The notes under the pieces were generated by a model. That model ran no database searches. It had not been told where the DNA came from and saw only the letters and a program-made list of their open reading frames with translations. A program made the translations under genes and the position numbers. This document shows, piece after piece, positions 1-11,100 of a stretch of 64,000 nt of DNA; within the stretch, counting starts at the first letter, position 1, and every line of letters starts with the position of its first letter. Source of the stretch: Takakia lepidozioides (Eukaryota > Plantae > Bryophyta); the NCBI GenBank assembly GCA_030704615.1, contig CM060734.1, forward strand, positions 34,596,001 to 34,660,000. Direction: 5' to 3'.

Positions 1-1009
1 AACCAGGACAAAAGTTGAAGGTTTGGAGTAAAAAAGATATATAACAATCGGACAGCCTAGTAAACTCTGAACCCGCATATGATACACGGAGCTCACAATA
101 CTCCAGTATTCAAAAATTCTTCCATTGATTCCACCAGACACGTGAAAGTGACGATCTCTTAAGACCTGATCATATGCAAGCCCTGGCACGAAGTGTCAGT
201 AGCACTGGTCCATATCACCCATGTGGAATCTCTCTAGGTATCTACTTACATACAAAACATGACCATACTTGAAAGAACGAAATACAACATAAAGGCACAC
301 AAGCACAAAAGGATCACAAAAGGACGTTTCCTGCCAATAAGGATCAGGCTTCAACTGCCTTATGTAGTTAAAATATCATAGTGATGTTTTTGTCCATGAC
401 CTTACCATTGCTAGTATCAAAATGGCAGGATTTCATGGCAAATCATAGCCTAAAGTCTCCACACACAGGTGCGTCCATGAGATAGGACAAAGGTCAAACG
501 TGCACAAATTGTTCCATTAGTAGCTAGGAGAATTATCTGATCCACAAGGCAATGGCTCAGAAGCTGGGGATGGATGTAGAAGTGAGGGCTTCAGGTGTGA
601 CATTGAGGGCCTCCATCTATAGGGCATCTTTTGACTTTCAGTGACAGCCACATACACTGCATAGACAACTGTATGTCGGCTTGATAGCTCTTGGATAGGA
701 GACAGGTCCAATCACGTTCTCAAATGCCAGCAATTTAGAATTGTTTATCCCCATTAAGTAAAAAGGGATAGTATCATGCCTTATTACAATTATACAGAGA
801 TTTCCTCAGGGGTATATTTGTTTGTGAAAACACAGGGAAACAGTCTTCTCACTAACACCACCTGCTGATGGTTCCAGTCAAAAGATGTCCCAAAAATGTT
901 GGAAAGAGTTCACCAGATCTTTCCAGCATGTGTAAATATCTAAAGTTTAGACAGAGAGAGAGAGGAAGACTCCTGCTGAAGCAACTGAAGTGAAGCAGGC
1001 GTAACTCAT

Positions 1010-1232
1010 GGTGTCAAGGGCTACTGCCTTCTGTTTGGAAGGTGGACACCTTCTAATGGCTGTACCCGGCCAACGCAGTTGCCCAACCCTCCCCCAAGGA
1101 CTCGAAAGTTCCTAGGTATTCGGTTGAGCCAGCTACCATAGCTGGATTGGCTATAATGGGTGACATCCAGCATACACCTATGTGGCTTTGAACCCACGAC
1201 CACTTGTAAGGCGGCTTTGTGTCCTAACAACG
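1010..1232 (-). mobile_element. tRNA-derived SINE-like repeat (copy 1)
   Basis: Minus strand reads GTTAGGACACAAAGCCGCCTTACAAGTGGTCGTGGGTTCAAAGCC (B-box-like). Similar sequence recurs at 10285-10490 and 46100-46170. Boundaries approximate. Confidence 0.55.
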
Positions 1233-2168
1233 GGGAAATCTGCTAGAGTCCTAAGTTTAGACACCTACTTGGATGGGCCTTCAATTTCACCAAATCACAC
1301 AAGGCCAGCTTGACCTGAAATCCTGACTCTTATTTTTTACTATCCACGAACCCCTCTGTTAAAGTAGCAGATATATACACCATGATAGGCACTTCTGGCC
1401 TATCTTAGCTAAAAAGATGTTGTTTAGATCTTATGGCAGTATACTGGATAATCATTTGTAAGAGACAGTGTAACAACTCCGTACAGAAATCAAAAGGTAA
1501 CAAAACTGATGTTGCACCAGTCCAAGTTGAACGTGAACTTTACACAACATAGAGTGTGCAGTGTGCTGTCAATCACAAAGTCTCAGACCATCAATCTAAT
1601 CATGTATGACAGTGACAAGCTGCCACCACTCGCCACTGAGTATATCAGCTCCCAACAGTGGGGTTAGATCATATATTACTGCCTCAAATTCATGTGCATA
1701 CCTTTCTACAAAATACTACAGCCATGATGTTGGCTGGCACACAGCAGGTAAAGCTATTGTTAAGATCCTTCTGGTAGTATAATTTTGGACAATGTAGGGG
1801 TATGAACGAATGTTTACAACAGTGCACGAATCCATGTGGGTGGGAAGAGATTTACTCCTGGGCACCGTTGCCGCAAGATTACAGGTGCTCCTAATGACCT
1901 TCATATACTTAACAATTGAAGTTCAGCTAGTGACTTGATAAAAGATTCAGAATGCCTTTCAACTATGTGCAGTATTTGGGAGGGCGCGCTATTTTCCTGC
2001 TCAAATGAAACCCTTCAGAAGACTATATTACTGTATTGCAAGGGGTAGAAGGCCAGAGGTACATGTCTACAAAGTGAAAGCCCTCGAGATTAATCTAAAA
2101 TCCCGCAAACATTAAATCGTTCATAGGTTATAAAGAGAATTTGAAAGCTAGAGAAATGAATCTCTTAC

Positions 2169-5100
2169 CATAGGTACGATTTCGACCTGTATCTTTCTCC
2201 ACCCCTACTTTGGCATAAATGACTGCACCATAGGGAGCGAACAGCTCTGCTAATTTTTTGTCATCCATGTCCTCCGGGATGCCAAACACAAACAAATTGG
2301 CCCCTGAAGCACATACCCAAAAGTCCAAACACAAGCATGTTTGGTTAGAATAGAAAAAACAAAGGAGTTCACATTCTCTCTTTACATGCATCCTGTGACA
2401 TTTTTTGCACCTCAACTTTGGGCAACATGAGTCCTCAAATGATAATCTTGAGACTTGCAGTCCGGCTTAGTGGTGAAAAGATGATGGTAACAACCATATT
2501 GTCAAGAAGAGCGGGCAGATGCTACCAAGTGGGAACACTGTGCTCGTAAAACCCCACTCAACAACACCAGAACCAAAGAACAAGGGGAGGCTAACCAGCC
2601 AATCCTCTCCATGTCAACAGAAAGTCATGCAACTGCACTTAAGCTGGTTGCTGTCAGACTACAAACAGAATAAGAGATCTCTTATCCAAATGGCATGGAT
2701 TTCCAGGAGCCACTCGAGCAGCTGTGTTACTCTCAAAATCAGTCTTTTGCATTCTAGACCATTAGTGGTTGCACTAGCCCCACTTGGAATCCGTCAATGC
2801 ACAAGTTAGCAATGGTCCTGGTTTTGCTGCTGTGACATAAAGCTTCTTTTTCCTCTATTTCTCTCCTTTTTTTATCTCCTCTTCTCCTTCCTTCTTCTCT
2901 ATTAGGCTCAAAACAGCAGGTTTCAAGCCCTCCTGGTATGCGACTTTTTTGAGCCCAATGGACTTTCTATCGCTTCCCTATAGCCACAAAATACAGAAGG
3001 GGTGGAAATGACATGCAAACAAGATGGCAACAGACTCGTCAGAAGAGAACTTAAGGAACTACATGTCAGGAGAACCTCTCTCAACAAAGCTCCATTTCTA
3101 TCGGGAGACACTCTTGGTTCTCCGTGATGATACCTCCCTCCTCAGGGCATTGGGGCGGTTCAGAGTGGGCTCCCACAATCTACGGATAGAGACTGGTAGA
3201 TGGGAAAATCTGCAACGGGAGGATCACCTATGCCCAGCGTGCACCGGGCGCAACCGGGAAATCGAAACTGAAGAACACTTCTTCTTTTATTGCCCTCTAT
3301 ACTATGACATCCGTGGGACATTCAACTGTCTATTCCGTGGAACCCAATCTCTCACTGAAGCCTTCCCTTATGAGGATCAGAAATGCTTGGCAGCTTATCT
3401 GCATGAGGCCTTGACCCTTAGGCAATCCCTTGAGCAGTAGTTGCTTTTGGGCTGCTTTTGGCTGTCGTTTTGTCTTCTTTCTGTCCCATTAGCACTTTGA
3501 GCTTTCCGCGGATGTTATAAAGTACCATTTCATTTCATTTCTCTTTCTCCTCTTCTTCCTTTCCTCTTCCTTTACTTCGTCGTCACATTGCCACCCTATA
3601 TGTTGCCGCCATAGCACCTTGCTGAGCATATAAGCAGCTGCTCGGCCCCTGTCTTTCCACAATCTACGGGTAGAGACTGGCAGATGGGAAAAAGGACTGC
3701 CTTTGCCCAGCTTGCACAGGGCGCAACCAGGAAATTGAATCTGAAGAACACTGCTTCTTTTATTGCCCGCTATATTACGAGATCCGTGGGAGATTCCACT
3801 GTCTATTCCGTGGAACTCAATCTCTCACTTAAGTCTTCCACTATGAGGATCAGAAACGCTTGGCAGCTTACCTGCACGAGGCCTTCACCCTTAGACAATC
3901 CCTCGAGCAGTAGTTTTTTTTTGGCTCTGGTTTTGTTTCCTCTCATGTTTTTTTTCCCATTTTGTCCCATAAGCTCTTTGAGCTTTCCGCGGACGTTATA
4001 AAGTACCATTTCATTTCATTTCCTTCTTTTAGACAACTTCTTCTTCTACTGCCCTCTATACTACGAGATCCGTGGGAGATTCCACTGTTTATTCAGTGGA
4101 ACCCAAACTCTCACTGATGTCTTTCACTATGAGGATCAAAAATGCTTGGCAGCCTACCTACACGAGGCCTTCACCCTTAGACAATCGCTAGAACATTAAT
4201 TGTGGTTTCTGGATTTGTTCCTCTCTCATGTTTTCTTCCATTTTGTCCCATAAGCTCTACGAGCTTTCCGCGGACGTTATAAAGCACCATTTCATTTCAT
4301 TTCTCCTCTTAGGCAATCCCTTCAGCAGAGTTGCATCTGGGCTGCTTTTGGCTGTGGTTTTGTCTCTTCTTTATTGTTTTCCCTTTTGTCCCATAAGCTC
4401 TTTGAGCTCTCTGCGGACGTTATAAAGTACCATTTCATTTCATTTCATGTCCTTCTTTTAGACAAAGTGAAGTTTGGAGTTATATGACGTGACTTTATAT
4501 TGGACCTTTGGGCCTCCATGGATGTAATGAAGTTAATTTTTCTGCTCTCCCTCATAAACCAACAGTGAATTCTACTCTCAATGGAGTCGTTGGGTTGTGT
4601 GCAGAGTTGCATGCTCTGTTCATCGCAGACTGTTAAACTTGCTTTCCCTTCTTTATCCCACTATGTTGTTGTGTTGTTCTGTCATGTCGATCGCAGGCTG
4701 TTAAACTTGCTCTCCTTCCTTTATAAAGCACCATTTCATTTCATTTATCTCTTCCCATCTCTGTCACGTTGATGTGGTTTCTTGTTCTTCTTTGTCCCTG
4801 GGGCCCCCTGTATATGTTCCCCGGGCATTGGGCCTAGTGTGGGCTCACATAGCCTGAGGATTGGGCAGATGGGATAAGCTGCAGCATGCCGAACTCCTGC
4901 GTCTAGCTTGAGCTAGTCAAGACAGGATGGAGATGGAGACTGAGGAAAGTTTCTTCTTTCACTGTCGTCTCTACTACTAAATCCGGGACCGCTACTTTTG
5001 TCTATTTAGAGATAGCCAATCCCTGACAGTGGTGTTCCATTACGAGAACAGATGCCTTGTAACATCGACATGATGCTCTCCACCACTGATGACTTCTTTT

Positions 5101-8100
5101 ATTTGTCCTTGTTCTACTGAGTATAGGCCCTCCAGGACTTCAGACGAACTGGATTTCTTCCTCTCGTGAGAGTTCTCTCCCATGAGAGTCCAACGTGCGT
5201 CGGCGCTTCGCCCACCAGGCCTTCCACCATATCCATGTCTAAACCTGGACAGATGGCGTGGAGGGAGAATTGCCTTCGAACTTATGACCAAGCAACTCCC
5301 CTACACTTCCCTACACTCCGCTACACCCCCCTACACTCCAATGGTCCTGCATGTGCCCTCCTCTCAACCGATGGGCCAACCCCTTCGCCACTACACCATG
5401 AGGAGTGATGACCTTCAACAACTCCGGGAGCAAGTTATATGCTCCATGAATGGCTCATCTCCAAGGAAACACTACAACAGCACCTTGCTGTCTGTGATGA
5501 GGAGGTGGCAACCCTGTGAGCTGAAATTGTCCACTTGCAGGCTTGTTACTATGCTGATTGTTTTTACCTTGCATTCCTCTCGCTATAAAGACCCAATGGC
5601 ATGATACATTGGGCGCCAAATCAAAGGCTTCAGTCCCCAACCAAACATTTTAATAGGAGGGTGTTATTTTGCCCCTGCCGCATCTCCGCACAGTGGTCTT
5701 CACATGCACACAGACTCACCATATGTTTCATTGGAAGAGGACCTTTCCCGTCTCCACACACCATACTGGACATTTTTCTGACCGGAAATTTCAATGCTCG
5801 TTCCCAAGATCGACCCCCCAAGACCCTTCACAGATTCAATCCTCACAGGGGAGCCTGGAACGACTCAGTGCTGATGTGTCTAGTGAAATCACAAGCTAGG
5901 TCCATCATTTACTCAAATTTGTCCTTGTATGTGTGGCGGGTGAACTGTTGGGAAGATGGGTAGCTGTTGGTGCCATTGTAAATGGCAAGCCAATGAACTG
6001 TGGTTTGCGCAAGTTTGCCTTCGTCGTCATAAAATGGTGCATATCTATGAGTGGAAAAAGGTGAGCAGGTAGATGGGAGAGGGACAGGGAAGGATCGTAG
6101 GGCAGAGGCCCACACAGCCTTGTCATTAGTAGATGGTCGATTGTTGATGGAAAGAAGGACTGAAGCAAGGCAGGTTTCGTAGTTGCCATGTGTACGGGAG
6201 TGTAGGGAGTAGTAAAGTGAATGTGTGGGTGTAACATAAGAGAAGGGGAAGGGAGCAGAGGTGGAAGAAATTGGACAGGAAGGACGAGTGGCTGGAGCCG
6301 TGATACCTTGAACAAACTGATGGTATCTTGCTGACATTGGATACGGTGAAGGAAGAGAAATGGAGAGGTCTGGAAGTTAGGGGAAGATTGGTTGGAGAGT
6401 GATAGTGATATTCATGCCAAATTTGGACGTCTGTGATGGGGATCAGGGTTTTGCGAGGTTTAAGAAGGGACCAAAAGGCATGGGGGAGAGGTTGACCTTT
6501 GCAATGAAGGTTGACAGAAGTTTGATGATGTAGGCTCATTTCTTAGATCTGATAAGAGACTTATAGTACTTCAGGGCTAAGTGTGTAAATTTGGAGAAGA
6601 ATGGCAATGAAGGAGTAGTGATTTGACATGTCAAGGCTGTCAAGAAATTGCAGAATGGCACAGCAGTGGACCTGTCCGGGCTACAGAGTGAATTTATCAA
6701 GCATGCCAACAACGACTTTGGCCCCATTTATTGCACATCTCTTCAACGAGGCAGTGCAGCATGGCTTTTCAACAAAGTGGACAAAAGCATCATCCACCCC
6801 CTCTTCGAGAATGGTGACAAGCTCGAACCAACCGATTGTCACACAATTATCGTTTCTTCATTGCTGGCTAAACTGTTTAGGGCAGTCGTAGCCATGGAAC
6901 ATGATGATTGGGCTGAAACCTCTCAACATTGAGATACTGGGTAGGCAGGCTTCCATCCTTTCTTAATATTATTTCACTCTTCAAACCATGGTAGAACGAG
7001 CAACCTATGATAAGAAAATGGTATATGCATGCATCATGGACTTCCGAAAGGCCTTTGATTCAGTCCCTCCAGCCCTTCTTCTGGACGGATTACACAGGAT
7101 GTTGGAGGTGTCAAGGCTATAGCCCTTGCACAGCACTCTGAGGACAGAACGGGATGGGTAGCTCAGTGGTAGAGCACCCCACCGGAAAGGGGGAGGTCCT
7201 AGGTTCAATCCCTAGCCCGACCACACGCCAGTGGCTTTCTGACGCGGTATCAGAGCCAAGGATTGTGGCGGTGGTCAGAATGGGTGGGCATTAGCAATAA
7301 GGGCTATGCCTTGAGAGGGAGTGTTGGAGGTGTCAAGGCTGTAGCCCTTACACGGCACTCGGAGGACAGAACGGGACGGGTAGCTCAGTGGTAGAGCACC
7401 CCACCGGAATGGGGGAGGTCCTAGGTTCAATCCCTAGCCAGACCCCACGCCAGTGGTTTACTGTGTCAGGATAGGGTCCCTCTGGACATCATATGGGCCA
7501 TTAAATCCATGTACGAGACTGTCATTGGTACAACGACACCTTCACATCCTAGAAGACTTCTCCAAAGACTATGGGAGAGTCAACCTCAACAAAACCACAA
7601 TCATCGTTTCCAATGGCCATGCTGATCAGAGATTCCTCATCAACCAGCAAGAGATTAAGGTTGTGAAATCATACCCATACCTGGGTCTGGTTATCCACTC
7701 ACCCAAATTTCAATTTGCATCAACTGCTATGGACAGATTGACTAAGGGCAAGGCTGCCTCCATAGGTCTTCAGGCTAAATGCAACAAATCCACCTGCGCC
7801 AAGGAATGCTTGGGGCTAGAGGTACAACACAGAATTTGCATGTGTATCGCTACCGCTTCAAACCCTGGCCATCTTCCGGCTTATAATCTTTCTCAAGCCC
7901 TTCAACCCAAACGGCTGACAGCCTGGGACTTCGCAACCTCTATCAGACGCAAAAACCTGGTATGATCAGGTCTCCAACTTTTTTGAGCACCACGGGCACT
8001 CCATTGCTTCCCTACTGCCACAAAATATGGAGGGATTGGAAATTTCGTCCAAGACGGACCACGATATATGCATCAGACGAGAACTTATGAAACTTCACGT

Positions 8101-11100
8101 CAGGCAAACATGGAACCCAGCCAACCTTACGAGAAAACTGCGGTCATATTGAGAGACATTATTGGTCCTCCGTGACAAAAGAATCTTGAGGCCTAATTAC
8201 CTGTCTGCAGCTCCATCTCCCTCTCTTGAAGGACATTGAAGAGGTTTAAGGTGGGCTGCCACAGTCTGCAGATAGATTGTACTCATAAGACGTTGTTTGC
8301 CGTAGCCTTGTGGCCATTGACCCCGCGCCCAGTTTGAGCGGGAACAAAAGGGACAGAACCTACCTCTGTCAGGGGCTGACGTTGGTAGTAAGACTTACCT
8401 CCATATAAAGAATTAATCCGGGTTTTCCAGATATCCTCTAGAAATCCCTTCACACAAGCATCAATCTGCTGTGTGTGATTTGCCCAAAAACTAGGCCTCA
8501 GGAGGGCCTGGGCTTTTGGCTCAGCCTCGAGACTTTCAAAGTTGGTAAACAGGGGTACAGGCACAATTCCCTTAATAGATTTGAAGAGAGCGTCTCTTTG
8601 GTGAGAGAACCCCGGACAGTGTATCAGAAAATGAATACTGTCTTCAGATTGCCCACACAACGGGCAATTGCACTCTCCCTTTCCTCTCTGCTTCTGTTTG
8701 CTGTTCAAAGATAGGCTTCCTGCCCTGAGTTTAAATTTCAGTCTAGTGCCGAGAGTGGGTAGACCCTTGAGGTCATCCAAGATGTCCTCCCCCATGTCAC
8801 AGACTGGAAACAAGTTCAGGGAGTTCTCCTCCAATTGTAATTGGGATGCACATATCCGGAAAGTTGTTCAAACTGGCAAGGGCAAAGCTCTGGGGCTCAC
8901 TAAACTTTTCCACTGCAGAGGGGTCAACTCTGAGGTTAAGAAAACCATGCTTTGTCGCGTTATTAGACCTGCCTTGGAGTACGGATCTGCTATATGGGTT
9001 GATAACTCCAACCAGGCTAAGTCTCTAGAATCCATTCAAGTGGGGGTGCTTAAGGAGTGTATGTCAGCATGCTCCAAAACAGCCAATGTGGCTGTTCGGG
9101 GTGAGTTTGGCATTCCGTCCTTAAGCTCCCGACGAGATGAATTCAAGGTCAGATGGTGGGGTCAGCTGCAACATATGCCCAACACCAGATATCCTAAATT
9201 AATCGACTCTATATCTTGGAAACAGGACCGCCCTGTCAAACAGGCTAAGTCCTGGCAGAAGAGAGTAGAAGAGATCCTCAAGGACCTGGACCTGGATCCG
9301 CAAGTCTTGACCCTGCTGGATAAATCTGACTTAGAGGCTGTAGTGTCCTCAGCCATGTCTGTTGCCATGAGATTGTCTGATGAAAATGAAGTTAGGCAGT
9401 CTGCAGATAGAGACTGGTATGTGGGAAAACCTACAGCATGAGGACCGCCTGTGCCACGCTTGCACCCGGGATAACAGGAGGGAAATCGAAAGTGAAGGTC
9501 ATTTCTTCTTTCACTGTCTTCTCTGATCTAATTTTCCAACAGGTTCACTCATATTTATTTGGTGGTCTATGAGTTCTGTGGGAGTTACTATTATCTATTC
9601 CGCCAATCTCTCACAGAGGTGCTCCATTATGAGGATCAGAAACGCATTTCAGCATATCTGCAAGAGAAGAGGCGTCGATTGTTAGACAATTCCTCGATGA
9701 TTCTTTTTGGGCTGCTTGTGGAGGACCCCCCTCTCTTTTTGTTTCATGCTTCCCTTGTCCCATAAGCTCTACGTCATAAAATTATCATTTCATTCCCTGC
9801 ACGAGGTATTTGTTGTCGGGTGCCATTTGATGTTTTCAAATGTTTTCGAAGTGTTTTCTTATTGTTCTACTTCATCCCATGGGACCTAGGTCCCCTGTGG
9901 ACACTATAAAGTTTCCTTCTTTTCTTTGCATTCTTCTTCTTTCTAAAACATGCGGAGATTGAGTATGAACTGCACTCTCCTAACATACTGCACGTCCAGG
10001 ATAGAATAGACAGGCTTTCTTCCAGGCCTTCACCCTTAGACAATCCCTTGATGTTTTATTTTTGGCTTTGGTTTTGTTTCCTCTCTCATTTTTTTCCATT
10101 TTGTTCCATAAGCTCTATGAGCTTTCCGCGGACGTTATAAAGTACCATTTCATTTCATTTCCGCAGGGATAGACAACTTTGACAAAAGTAAGTGGAGCTT
10201 ACTGAAAATCACATAGATATTGAACAAACTCAGTTTCTATGTATATTGAGGTCTATTTACACAACCTCAGCATCCAACAGATGAACCAGTGGTTAGGGCA
10301 CAAGGCTGCCTTACAAGTGGTCGTGTTCAAAGGGTCTATGCTGGATGTCACCCACTATGGCAAACGGAGCTATAAAAGGGAAAGCGTTCGCTGGATCAAC
10401 GGGACTTTTGAGTCCGTGGGGAGGTTTAGGCAACAGGGTTGCCCAGGTTACGGCTGTTAGAGAGTGTCCACTTCTGTTTAGCCCTTCAGGCTGAAGTGAC
10501 CCCATAATTTTCTTCGACATGAGTCAACATTTACACCACCTCCTATCCAATTATTTGTCTCCGGGCTGCCATCAATATAGTGTTACTTCTACTCCAAAAC
10601 CCTATCTCTCTTGCTCAAGAGAATTACAAAACATGAGTGTTGCCACTCACCTTGAGGTCCACTGCTTGCGAAGGGAGGTGGAGGAGTCGACTTCACAGTG
10701 GTGGATGTCTCGGAATGTTGTGATCTTGGATGGATCAAAGGCGGCGTGGACACTGCCATGCCAATGAATGCACCAAACGTTACTTCTAAGGCCCTAAAAA
10801 CACAATATAATAACTCCCTTGCAACTAAAAGTTTGTTTGTAAGAAGCACAAGAGGCAGTTGGCATTCAACACTGCCAACTAAAGAGCAGAATTAGGGCTT
10901 CCATCCTGAAGATGAAAGATATCCTTATAAGTATCAAGATATCTCCATACCTACAAATAAAGAACAAGTACTGATGAGAAGATCTGAACCAGAGGCTAGA
11001 GGGATTTTAAGAAGAAATGAAATGAAATGGTGCTTCTGGTTTTCTCTTTTTAGAAGAGAAAACCAGAAACAAACAGCAAAGGAAATGAAATGAAATGAAA

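Larger units (their letters stand above)
7100..7466 (+). mobile_element. TRIM (miniature non-autonomous LTR retrotransposon) with tRNA-containing LTRs, Helenus-like
   Basis: Two 145-bp direct repeats starting TGTTGG (7100-7244, 7322-7466). PBS CGGTATCAGAGCC at 7245-7257 (tRNA-iMet type, one mismatch). PPT GAGAGGGAG at 7313-7321. 5-bp TSD CAGGA at 7095-7099 and 7467-7471. Removing it restores the host RT frame (...DGLHRIGS). Confidence 0.92.
5180..9795 (+). mobile_element. Long, degenerate and rearranged LINE (family A-related) hosting nested insertions
   Basis: APE-like TGNFNAR (~5780); RT remnants IIHPLFENGDKLEP and DFRKAFDSVP (~7040) and RVNLNKTTI...YPYLGL (~7580-7690); 3' Zn-knuckle region after 9412. 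Many stops and frameshifts. Interrupted at 7100-7466 and 8277-9396. Confidence 0.7.

Noticed and set aside
1440-1520. Next RRM exon (GFVTF-like) of the minus-strand gene
   Set aside because: No AG acceptor in the required phase and no continuing RRM sequence; the exon is presumably outside the window.
7152-7445. Two functional tRNA-Ser(GGA) genes
   Set aside because: Short variable loop, C33, acceptor-stem mismatches, no oligo-T terminator, and both lie within LTRs of a TSD-flanked element.
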